Part shown: piece after piece, positions 19,420 through 28,611 of the stretch
How positions within the stretch are numbered: position 1 is the first letter of the stretch
Layout of the letters: each line of letters starts with the position of its first letter
DNA from: a virus
Taxonomy: Duplodnaviria; Heunggongvirae; Uroviricota; Caudoviricetes
Length of the DNA: 64,000 nt
IMG/VR virus record: IMGVR_UViG_3300033121_001335
Coordinates: 1 to 64,000 of that record
Reading direction: 5' to 3' (one strand)
Notes under the pieces: generated by a model
Told to the model about the DNA's origin: nothing
The model's input: the letters and a program-made list of their open reading frames with translations, nothing else
Database searches by the model: none
Translations under genes and position numbers: made by a program

Positions 19420-19692
19420 ATGGCAAAGAGTCCTGTATTTGTATCATTAGACCTGTCCACAACAACTAATTCTGGTGATAAAGCTGTTGTTGACAAAAGA
19501 TTATTAACCTCTTTCTTTAAAAAGTTTGAGCCATCCAATTTGGAAGAGCTTAAAACCAGTTTAAAAACACTGATTGATAACAGCCAAACTATGGAGGAAA
19601 TGGCGGAAGTGGTGGATGAACACCTGTACATCACCCAAATAGCCACCAAATATCATGGAATCACTCAGTCTGAAGCTTTAGCTGGTGTCTAA
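19420..19692 (+). CDS. hypothetical small protein
   Basis: 90-aa ORF inside the ORF-poor hub. Uncertain. Confidence 0.25.
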   Translation: MAKSPVFVSLDLSTTTNSGDKAVVDKRLLTSFFKKFEPSNLEELKTSLKTLIDNSQTMEEMAEVVDEHLYITQIATKYHGITQSEALAGV

Positions 19693-19977
19693 TTCACATT
19701 AAATATGTTTTGGTTATGTCCAATACACGCTGCAATAGGTGGTGAGGACATAATTAAATGCATTGTTGTGACAATTGTGGCTATAAAATAGACAAATTTT
19801 GTCTTCAGCCTTGCTGGTGGCTTAATACAGAGGAATTATATGTACAATATATAGGGGATTTGGGCATCAGATGTGCTATTATTGCTGGCAGCATTGGTGT
19901 TCATTTCCCTATATATTAGTATGTAGTGTTTTCCCTATGGCAAAAAGTGACTAAATGGGCTATTTTTATCATAACTC

Positions 19978-19990
19978 ATTGATTATCAAT
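19978..19990. repeat. palindromic operator-like site (attgatTatcaat)
   Basis: A member of the repeated TTGATWATCAA palindrome family. Confidence 0.4.
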
Positions 19991-20087
19991 AAACATTTAA
20001 CGATGATTATTGGTAAATAACGATATTTTTATGATAAAATGGGTGATTTGGGGGGTGTGGACACATCCTTGGAACTTTGGTTTATAA

Positions 20088-20109
20088 CGTAAACTATTGA
20101 TAATCAATA
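20088..20109. repeat. gtaaacTATTGATAATCAATA, a 15-bp perfect palindrome with a conserved 5' flank
   Basis: Exact palindrome tattgat-a-atcaata. A second copy is at 20827-20848. Confidence 0.5.
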
Positions 20110-20826
20110 TTTGGGGCAAGCTATAATGGCATTAAAACTTAATAACTATGAGCAAAATAGTTAGGTCTTATATGGTATTAATACGCCATTTTATTGCTCT
20201 TCTGAGCCATTAAGCATAAGGTGAACAACAATGCACATTTGGGGAATGTATAAATCCAGCCAAGCTATAATAGATGCAAGTATCCTTAACATTAAATCGG
20301 AGGAGAAAACTGGACGACTATTATAGAGAATACGTCTTGGGACAAACGGTAACCATTATAAGTCCTTTTTACTTATAACACAATCTGCAAACCAAATAAG
20401 CACATAATCCAGTTGTTTGCTTATTTTAAGGGGTTGTGTTCAGGATATTGAACTAAAAGCACCAAATGGAAGGATTGCCTACACTTGTTCTGCTTTTGTT
20501 AATAAAAAGTAATTACGAAACATTCCAGTTTTGGGTGTATTAGACGAAGGTGAGATTATATTCACTATTACTTTTAAAATACACTGCATTGTATTTATTT
20601 TCATTTACCACTTATTATTATGATGCAAACTATTGTTTTTTAATTGTTCAAAAAGAACAAAAATAAGTTCTGGGTCATCACTATGTCATGACATATGTGA
20701 GAAAACCTCAATAACTGGGTTTTGTATGCCATTTGAAAAAATAAATGGTAGACTTTCCCTAATATTGTAAGAGGTGATAATGGTCGTATTGGTACAGGCA
20801 TGTAAGAATATACGACACACTATTAT

Positions 20827-20848
20827 GTAAACTATTGATTATCAATAA
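20827..20848. repeat. gtaaacTATTGATTATCAATA, a second copy of the 15-bp palindrome
   Basis: Identical to the 20088 copy except for the central base. Confidence 0.5.
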
Positions 20849-21779
20849 GTACATTTAGTGTCTGGTTCCCAGTAAGGATTTTAATAAGCTGTAAATCAAT
20901 TAGTTATTTCTATAACTTTGAGATAATTCAGTAATAAGTCCTCTTCCAGAGAGTGGAAAAGAAATCAAGACTCTCCTAAGGTTGTGAGTAGGCTGGTGTT
21001 ACCTGCAACTCTCCTTAAAGAATACAGAATTATGCAGAGTTCTGTATTCTTTATTGTTACCAAAGACAAACTGGTTGTTTAATATGGTTCGATTCCATAC
21101 TTTTGGTCTAAATTGTATTATTATGAGAAATTATACATTTCATTGGCAGTATAAATATCAAATAACTGTTTATAATGCCAATAATGATTCTAAAAGGACA
21201 CATTCATCTGATAATATTAAGGATATTATTGATATATATCTTGATAAGAAAAGTGAAGGTGTATATTTTAGATTTTTGAAAAATAAATAAAATCACCATG
21301 TGGAAGAAAATATATTTTATAGACTATGATAAAGTCAAAAAATATATTTGGGTTTATACATACAAACAATTTAAACACCTCTGGATTAGCCTTTTACGAA
21401 CTAAAGGTGAGATGTTTATAAAAATCTCCAGTCCTGAGTGTGGACACCAATTATTATGGAAAGACTCTATCCAATAGAAGACACTAAATATTCAGCTGAT
21501 TTCTCTTCTATGAGTCCGTTTATATATAAAGACTTTCCCTTTGGAAGATTAGTTTTTAAATGTAAAGAGGCGGGGGCTGTAATCATAGTTACTGATAACA
21601 ATTCTGTTATGGCTGCAAGATTTTCCAGAGATAATATGAGGCATGGAGTAAAATATGCATTTAGACCAAAATTTACTAATTAATATAATTCTCTTCCTTA
21701 ATAATAAGCACAGCTTTATTGTATATAGTATTTGTATATTTTAAAGTTTTATTAGGGAAGAGAATTATAATTGTTGCAA

Positions 21780-22900
21780 TAAAGAGTGAGAGAAGGGAAA
21801 CATATGAGAGCTTGACTCATCCTTTCGAAGAGCATCACTCTTTAAAATTGCACTAAAAGCTACGAAAAACCTGTAAGGTTTCTAGAGAAATAAGATGAAA
21901 ACAAATTCACCTTATTGGTTATAAGTGGCTAATTGATTATTAATAAAAAATTTCTTAATAGTGGAAGTATGAATAAGTGCTAACATAGATTAGCAGCTTG
22001 CACTATTAATAGAATGGTAACAACTATTTCTTCTGCACAACTCATGTAGATATACTTCTTAGGACTTGAGATACAAAAGACAGCCTTGCTTGATAGAAAG
22101 GTGTAGGGAATATGTATCGTTGGATAGACTATCATCGAATCCCTAACTAAGATGTGAAACTACCTGATTAATAGGGTCTATGGATGTGTTCATAGTTTAC
22201 GAAGTGCGAACCATTAATCAGCTCCCAAGGGTGAGACAGTTGTAATAGGACAAGTCGTAGTACCTGTAAGTGTGTTAAACCTACCACTATTACAACTGAG
22301 TGCAGAAGAAACCTCTTTAAGAACTCTCTGGCTCTTGTGCATACATAAAAGTTACCGCTTTAGCGTTGATAGCCTAACAGCTATTTACAGATGGCTGGTG
22401 TATGTGGAGAGAGTAGAATAGCTGATACCGAACTACCTATCTGGTGAAGGTTTGAAAGCTTTGACTTCTACTGGCTGTAACCCAAGAGAGTTCTTATTTT
22501 AAAAATATTAAAGCTTAAAGCTGTCTTCGGCACTCAGAAGACCCACAGCAATAAGCTTTAACTTCTTTATGACAAAATAGGGTAGTGGTAAGATAAAAGT
22601 AAAGATATTGAACCAAGGAGTATTCCAACTGTCAATTATGACCATGTTTGTGCACTAAGCAGAAAGCCAGTATACATGACGAGAGCTTCCTTAGGGGCAT
22701 CTTTTAAACTTACTGCTGCTCTATTTTTAACAGCAATATTTATTACATATAAAATAAAATAGCTCATTGTGATATGTTGGATTGAGCAATCTGACATAAG
22801 ATATAAGGATAACCTAAGAGAAGGGGGACACAGCAGGCTTATTGCTTGGTACTTATATCACCCGAAAGGGTTATTTATTAACATTTAAATTTATAAACAT
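21780..22900. ncRNA. candidate large structured non-coding RNA or other non-coding element. Strand and boundaries unknown.
   Basis: About 1.1 kb with no ORF of 60 aa or more on any strand. Base composition is visibly more GC-balanced than the flanks. Several local stem-loops are present, for example cagttgtaatag...ctattacaactg and gtcttcggcactcagaagac. Confidence 0.2.
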
Positions 22901-23027
22901 GAAAAAGCAAACTTTTACGCCTGATAAGGCAGTTATTGAACATATATCAAAATTAATCAAATCTGGGAGATGATTTTGATGTATTAACAAAATTATCAAA
23001 AAGTCTTAAAAATAAAAGCATTAAGCT

Positions 23028-23750
23028 ATGTTTAAAAGAGCAAAAGTGGTTATGTTACCCACTAATCAAAAAGCACCTGAAGGTACATTATATCTTCAAC
23101 ACAACCAGCTTAGAATATCCCAAGGAGGTATTACTAATGCAATTAATCAAAACAAAAATAATAAAAGTGTAAATCATCAACATCTTTATATTTTATCAGA
23201 TGAAGAAATAAAAGCTGGATATTTAGCAATGAATATGTACAATAATACAAATACCATATTCAAGATAACTAAAGTTTTAGCAGATGGTTACGAAGGTCAA
23301 AAACTTAATGAGCCCAATATATTTTATGGTTTATCTAAAACTCTTAAAAAAATTATTGCTACAACTGATAGTTCTTTAAAAGTTTTTATTGATAAAGCAT
23401 ATATGAATTTTGGAGAAACAGAGTGTTTACCTCAACCATCTCAATCATTCATTGAAAAATATGTTGAGAAGTATAATAAAGGTGAACAGATTACTGATAT
23501 ATTAGTTGAATACGAATTTGATGTAAGTAGAAAACCATTTGCTATTGGTAGTAATCCTGAACATTATAATCTTAAAGTAAATCTTAAAGACAACACTATT
23601 ACAATTAAGCCTGTAAAAGAGAATTGGAACAGAAGTGAAGTGCTTCATTTTCTTGGCGAAGCTTTCAGATTGGGCAAACAGGTTCAAAGGAGTCCTGATT
23701 ATTATTCTTTATGTGACCCATTAGCTGATTTAGCTAAAAAATTATTATAA
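23028..23750 (+). CDS. hypothetical protein
   Basis: 240-aa ORF, the first long plus-strand ORF after the hub. Confidence 0.4.
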   Translation: MFKRAKVVMLPTNQKAPEGTLYLQHNQLRISQGGITNAINQNKNNKSVNHQHLYILSDEEIKAGYLAMNMYNNTNTIFKITKVLADGYEGQKLNEPNIFYGLSKTLKKIIATTDSSLKVFIDKAYMNFGETECLPQPSQSFIEKYVEKYNKGEQITDILVEYEFDVSRKPFAIGSNPEHYNLKVNLKDNTITIKPVKENWNRSEVLHFLGEAFRLGKQVQRSPDYYSLCDPLADLAKKLL

Positions 23751-24210
23751 AAAGCGGCAAGGTGTTAAGAGTTTGTATTTTCTCAAGAAAGGTGTAAGCA
23801 TACAAAATCTACAGATTTGGGTAGCATAGAAAGATTCAAAGAATTAACTCCAGAACAATTAAACCTATGGAAAACAGCTATAGGAGAACCTATAGACCAT
23901 GAGCCATTATTATATAATTAAAAAGCTTGTTCAACATACAGTGCAATAGAATGGTGAGGACATAAACGGCCTGTTATTGGGTTAATGGGCTGTTTTTATT
24001 AACAAATTAAAATTTATTTGTATATGAGAAAAATATTTTTTATTATATTTATAATACTATATTTATTATATAATACACCAACTATGACACTATTTGGTTT
24101 AATGTCAATATGGTATTGGGATGCAAAATACATTGATGGATTTTTTGATGGTATGGTGGAAGCATTTGACAGTATTAACCCGTTATAAACACAATTAAAA
24201 TTAAATTATT

Positions 24211-24471
24211 ATGAAAAAATTAACATTATTTCTATTCCAATTGGCGTTTCTTATTGGATTTTTCTTCTTTCTGTTTTCTGCTGTAGATTTAGTGGATGCC
24301 AAACACATGAAATTGGATAAAACCCCCTTTCTTAACTTGCCTTCTACAAGCTCTGTAATGGCTTTGGCGTTAATATTTATGATATTAAGCCTACTAGCCT
24401 TTTTTGTCACTTCAGGGGCTAATTCAGCCTCTAATGAGCTTGAGGAGGATTATGATAGATTAACACAGTAA
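24211..24471 (+). CDS. small membrane protein (two predicted transmembrane helices)
   Basis: Hydrophobic segments LTLFLFQLAFLIGFFFFLF and VMALALIFMILSLLAFFV. Confidence 0.4.
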   Translation: MKKLTLFLFQLAFLIGFFFFLFSAVDLVDAKHMKLDKTPFLNLPSTSSVMALALIFMILSLLAFFVTSGANSASNELEEDYDRLTQ

Positions 24472-24544
24472 ATTAAAAAATGATTTAAAAAAGCTGGTAT
24501 TGCCCCCGAAGGGTTTTGAATGATTAAAATTTAAATTAATAAGT

Positions 24545-24913
24545 ATGAATAATTCAATTTGGAACACCTGCATAGGTGAAGCGATTAGGAAAGCAAAACT
24601 TTCGGGTACGCTTATACCATCAAACGAAGTGGATGAGATTATAAGTGAACTTGAAAAGTTGAAGCGGACAACCCCAAAAGAGCCTGAGACCGTTCAGGGC
24701 AATGATGAAAAGGGAGTTGACAATTTTATCCCTCCAGACCACGGGGATGTGTGTTGGCAAATAGGCGCAAAGAATTTCAGTAGAAAAGAAGTTGCATATC
24801 TGTTATACACACAAAGAGCAATGATAGGCAATGATTTGAAAGCCCATTGTGGTAATGAAATGACTGATGAAATGTTTAAGATATTGAGCAACCCCCGAAC
24901 CCCCAATTATTAA
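24545..24913 (+). CDS. hypothetical protein
   Basis: 122-aa ORF. Confidence 0.4.
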   Translation: MNNSIWNTCIGEAIRKAKLSGTLIPSNEVDEIISELEKLKRTTPKEPETVQGNDEKGVDNFIPPDHGDVCWQIGAKNFSRKEVAYLLYTQRAMIGNDLKAHCGNEMTDEMFKILSNPRTPNY

Positions 24914-24962
24914 CCGTCCTTCCCTGCCCATGTAAGGAGTAGGGAGGGGGAAAAAGAAAAAC

Positions 24963-25196
24963 ATGGAACTTAAAGATAAAAAATTTGCAGTAGTTTACAA
25001 AGACTTCTCATTCTCAACTGAAAATGAAGATATGATTGAACAGTATAAGGCCAAATCAAATTTTTTAGCAGTGTTACCTTATGACTTCTACTGGAATCTT
25101 GATAAAGATGAAATGACGACAAATCACAACGAGAGAATGTACGCTAAGGTTTTGGGATGGATAGATGGATACAAGTTCGCTAATAATGTCCGGTAG
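24963..25196 (+). CDS. hypothetical protein
   Basis: 77-aa ORF preceded by a purine-rich stretch, aaggagtagggaggggg. Confidence 0.4.
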   Translation: MELKDKKFAVVYKDFSFSTENEDMIEQYKAKSNFLAVLPYDFYWNLDKDEMTTNHNERMYAKVLGWIDGYKFANNVR

Positions 25197-25481
25197 CCTT
25201 TCCCCTTAGTCAGATAGCTGCAAATAGTAAATAACAAAACAAAAAAATTAATCTATAAAAGCTAATAGAATTACTTATGAATTGGGATGAACTTATACAA
25301 ATTATTGGGGATAATACAGAAACTCCAGAGCAGTTAAAAGCTATCCGTGATGCAGCTTTGCGAAGGCAGGGAATTGAAGTACTACTGCTGAATTTCGCAC
25401 TAAAGTTTAATAAATGTACTTCTGTTGGTTTAAGCACATCAGCCCTGCTTTTGCCAATATAATGTTGGGCGTAGTTACATT

Positions 25482-25733
25482 ATGGAAAGAGTTAAAAATG
25501 ATATGGAAGATTTTGTCATTAACGGCAAACTTACCATTAAGGAGTTGTACGAATTAGCAAAGAAAGATGGGTTTGAAGATAGATACCTTTTCTTTTCCGT
25601 TAAGAACAAAACAACAGGGCAACATTTTAGCACCGATACAGTTGTTGATTTTGGGAAAGGATGGAGTAAAGATAGTGCTATTATGCACTTGACTTGGGAA
25701 GATTTGCCACATCAGGATGCGTGTGCCGGGTAA
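25482..25733 (+). CDS. hypothetical protein
   Basis: 83-aa ORF. Confidence 0.35.
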   Translation: MERVKNDMEDFVINGKLTIKELYELAKKDGFEDRYLFFSVKNKTTGQHFSTDTVVDFGKGWSKDSAIMHLTWEDLPHQDACAG

Positions 25734-25749
25734 TTACGCCCAACGGTTG

Positions 25750-25818
25750 CGTATATAAGAGGTACGCCACCGAGATTATGAACTGAAAAAATATGCTTCT
25801 GCGTATCTCTTATATACG
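25750..25818. promoter_or_regulatory. 18-bp inverted repeat (cgtatataagagRtacgc) with a 33-bp spacer
   Basis: Left arm 25750-25767 and right arm 25801-25818 are reverse complements with one mismatch. The element is intergenic, upstream of 25858. Confidence 0.35.
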
Positions 25819-25857
25819 TTGTTAGCAGAAGTACGAATTTTTAAAACAAAATAACTT

Positions 25858-26139
25858 ATGGAAAAAGAATTTATTTTATGTGCTGCATTAAATTTTAACG
25901 GAAATATAATTTGCGGACATAGGCATTCAGATTGTTATGCAACTTTACAAGATGTTGTAAAAGTAAAAGATGAAGATATGCCGCAAAGAGAAAATCAAGG
26001 ATTCTTAACTTCTTTAAATCGATACGTTGATAGAAAAGAAGGGTGGAAAATCGCAAAAGAAAACAATCAAATACAATGGGGATTAAGTGCTTCTGAAATA
26101 GGCGAAGATTCACAGTTAATTAGCGAAAATCTCTATTAG
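25858..26139 (+). CDS. hypothetical protein
   Basis: 93-aa ORF. Confidence 0.35.
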   Translation: MEKEFILCAALNFNGNIICGHRHSDCYATLQDVVKVKDEDMPQRENQGFLTSLNRYVDRKEGWKIAKENNQIQWGLSASEIGEDSQLISENLY

Positions 26140-26215
26140 AAACGAAAACGCAGTATTTCTGCTAACATACAATATGTGAGAACGGGTTATAAACTATTGA
26201 TTTAAAACAAATAGT

Positions 26216-27046
26216 ATGAATATTTCTGAACACACGGGTAATTTCATTCAGGAAATGAAACGTAGAAATTATAGCCAAAACACTATTGATAACTATTCTT
26301 CCTGCATTAAATATTTTTTCGCCCAATCAGCCAAAGACCATCCAAAAAATATTAACGAACAGGATATAAAAGATTTTTTAGGCAAGTTCACAGAGGTAAA
26401 TACTCAACGCAACTACCATAGTGCAATAAAGAAATTCTACGATGTTTGTTTAGGACAAAAGGAAAAGTTCAAATATATTCCTTACGCACAAAAGAATAGC
26501 AAACTGCCAATAGTTTTATCTGTTGAAGAAATACAAAAAATGTTCTCTGTTTGCGAAAACACTAAGCACAAAGTTATACTTGCCTTACTATACTCATGCG
26601 GATTGAGGGTATCGGAATTAATAAATTTGAAGTGGGCTGATATTGACCGAAGCAGAATGATTATAAATATCATTCAGGCAAAGGGCAAAAAAGATAGACA
26701 GGTTATGCTTACGCCTCAATTAATCCCGTTACTGGAAAAGTATTACAAAGAATATAAAAGTAAAACGTATGTGCTGAATGGATGGAAGAACGAATTGCAA
26801 TATTCAGATAGAAGTGTAGGCGAAGTGGTTAAGCAATTAGCAACTAAAGCAGGTATCAGCAAAAGAGTTTATACTCATTTACTTCGTCATTGCAGCTTTA
26901 CTCACATGGTAGAAAATGGAACGGACATAAATTTAATACAGAAATTAGCAGGACATAGTAATGTTAAAACGACATCTATCTATACCCATATTTCACATAA
27001 CTTGATTTCAAAGATACACTCCCCTTTAGCAAATATTAATCTTTAA
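26216..27046 (+). CDS. int: tyrosine-type site-specific recombinase or integrase
   Basis: The C-terminal catalytic region HLLRHCSFTHMVENGTDINLIQKLAGHSNVKTTSIYTH carries the R..H-x-x-R..Y signature of phage integrase and Xer recombinases. The N-terminal SAM-like domain is also typical. Confidence 0.8.
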   Translation: MNISEHTGNFIQEMKRRNYSQNTIDNYSSCIKYFFAQSAKDHPKNINEQDIKDFLGKFTEVNTQRNYHSAIKKFYDVCLGQKEKFKYIPYAQKNSKLPIVLSVEEIQKMFSVCENTKHKVILALLYSCGLRVSELINLKWADIDRSRMIINIIQAKGKKDRQVMLTPQLIPLLEKYYKEYKSKTYVLNGWKNELQYSDRSVGEVVKQLATKAGISKRVYTHLLRHCSFTHMVENGTDINLIQKLAGHSNVKTTSIYTHISHNLISKIHSPLANINL

Positions 27047-27089
27047 CCTCACTTCACCACAGCCAGATAAATAGCTAAAAATCATTAAT

Positions 27090-27219
27090 ATAACAGCCCC
27101 TATAGTGTTAAAGCCTGTTTCTACAATAGGACTGAAACTACGAATTCTTTAAGTGTACATTACATACCTATTAATTTAATGTGCTTAATTGTTCTAGGCT
27201 GAGCTATGGGGGCTGTTAT
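27090..27219. repeat. 16-bp inverted repeats (ataacagcccctatag and ctatgggggctgttat) flanking a 98-bp spacer
   Basis: The arms at 27090-27105 and 27204-27219 are reverse complements with one mismatch. They lie between the int stop and the next start codon. Confidence 0.4.
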
Positions 27220-27235
27220 TATAAAATAATTTAAT

Positions 27236-27442
27236 ATGGAACCATTTTGGATGACTTCTGATGGTGTTTTTATAACACCGAGTAGTATGGATAATGAACA
27301 CATAAAAAATACAATTAAATGCTTAAAGGGAGAAGGAAAATCAATAATTCCTGATAAATACCTTGGTTTAAAAAAAGAACGTTGGTTAGAAATATTTAAT
27401 AATGAAGTCTTAAAAAGGAATATTCCTTTAATATTTAATTAA
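27236..27442 (+). CDS. small protein, C-terminal PLIFN family member
   Basis: 68 aa ending NIPLIFN-stop. Confidence 0.5.
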   Translation: MEPFWMTSDGVFITPSSMDNEHIKNTIKCLKGEGKSIIPDKYLGLKKERWLEIFNNEVLKRNIPLIFN

Positions 27443-27452
27443 ATATATTATT

Positions 27453-27713
27453 ATGAAACTGAAAAAGCTTAAAAGTAAATTGCCATCGGAACAGTCAACT
27501 GCTCTTTTAAACGTTAAATATCCTCATATTAATTATATTTCTGGGGAAAATCTCAATTTACATGATGCTTTTCTTACAATGCTTAAAGGCATGTGGGTTG
27601 ACAAAATTAAATACCCCAGCATTAAGCACATGGAAAAAAGACTGAATATGACAGAAAGAGGCATTATCAGAGTGGCTAAACTGAATAATTTAGGAGAAAG
27701 AAAACATATTTAA
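27453..27713 (+). CDS. hypothetical small protein, possible HTH regulator or excisionase
   Basis: 86 aa. The C-terminal segment LNMTERGIIRVAKLNNLG looks like a helix-turn-helix. It is adjacent to int and the attP-like site. Confidence 0.3.
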   Translation: MKLKKLKSKLPSEQSTALLNVKYPHINYISGENLNLHDAFLTMLKGMWVDKIKYPSIKHMEKRLNMTERGIIRVAKLNNLGERKHI

Positions 27714-27932
27714 AACTTGAGTTATGACAATATTAACATTTCCCGTAGAAATGCAAGAAGATGTGTATAAAGTAACAGGGCAGCCAGCTCCGGATGAAGT
27801 TATTGATGTCACAGTAAAATTTAAAGAAACACTTTCCGATGAAGTGTTAGGATTATTAAAAGCTTTAGGTGTTCAAATCAGATTTATGACACCTGTAAAA
27901 TAAATGAATGGTTGTTTGACACTTATTTGACT

Positions 27933-27972
27933 ATATGTAAGACACGGGTTCGACTCCCGTCTGCTCCACCGG
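27933..27972 (+). mobile_element. attP-like core: a tRNA 3'-end fragment (T-arm plus acceptor 3' strand) with no matching 5' half
   Basis: acggg-TTCGACT-cccgt followed by ctgctcc-a-cc, which is a canonical T-stem, T-loop and acceptor 3' strand. No complementary ggagcag acceptor 5' strand or D-arm lies upstream. About 900 bp downstream of int in a 280-bp ORF-free stretch. Confidence 0.5.
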
Positions 27973-28127
27973 ATTAATATTGACCATTTATAGGCCGGGT
28001 AATTCCGGTGGGGCAGCTTGGCTTTGATTGCATATCAGTGGATAGGAATAGACTATTCAGTGTAATAAACGGCAAGAGAATTGCTATTGGTAGAACTGCA
28101 ATGAGAATTGCGGCCTAACAACGTATT

Positions 28128-28166
28128 GCCCCCCTGTATTTATACAGCGAAAAGGGGGCTTTTTTA
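28128..28166 (+). terminator. rho-independent terminator candidate
   Basis: gccccc(c)...gggggc stem with an internal palindrome ctgtatttatacag, followed by tttttt. Confidence 0.5.
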
Positions 28167-28185
28167 ATTATTTAAACTAAATTTT

Positions 28186-28449
28186 ATGAGTGATAATAAA
28201 TACATTGTAGAATGTTCTGATGAAGAAGAATGGGAAGCTGTTAAGGCTAAGGGAAATGTTGATTTGGGGAGCTATGAGGTGTATCAATATAGCTATCCAG
28301 AAGAACCTATAGCTATTGATGTTAATAATGGAGAATGAAGTAGGCTGAGTTATTACACTAACAAAAGGGGAGGAGAATATAGCGACTATAAGTTTATAAC
28401 AGCTCAAGAATATTTAAACCCTGTTTCTGAGCCTCTTCTATTTAATTAA
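28186..28449 (+). pseudogene. PLIFN-family member interrupted by an in-frame TGA (28336-28338). Either a pseudogene or a stop-codon readthrough/recoding candidate.
   Basis: The ATG at 28186 opens a frame that stops at TGA after 50 codons. The same frame then continues for 36 codons to ...SEPLLFN-stop, the family's C-terminal signature. Confidence 0.4.
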
Positions 28450-28611
28450 ATATAAAAACCATCTATAAACTAAATTTATGAAAAAGTTAAAAGCGGCACT
28501 ACTTATTACACTAGTTGTAACATTATTAACATTTCTTCATTCTTCGTGCAGTCCTTCTAGAAAAGATTGTAAGAATACGAAATATTACAAGCAAGGGGAG
28601 GGCTTATATTT

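Noticed and set aside
21083-21110. GGTTCGATTCC T-loop-like sequence (tatgg-ttcgatt-ccata)
   Set aside because: The only candidate acceptor partner (ccaaaga) lies just 24 nt upstream, far too close for D- and anticodon arms. Not a tRNA.
25210-25437. Minus-strand 75-aa ORF overlapping plus-strand 25277-25462
   Set aside because: All neighbours are plus-strand, and the minus-strand translation is low-complexity (Ser/Ile/Phe-rich). Neither ORF is strongly supported. The minus one was dropped.
27870-27972. Possibility of a complete tRNA gene at the attP-like site
   Set aside because: Tried to thread D-arm, anticodon arm and acceptor 5' strand upstream of the T-arm. No complementary ggagcag and no consistent anticodon stem in any register. 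Only the 3' portion is present.
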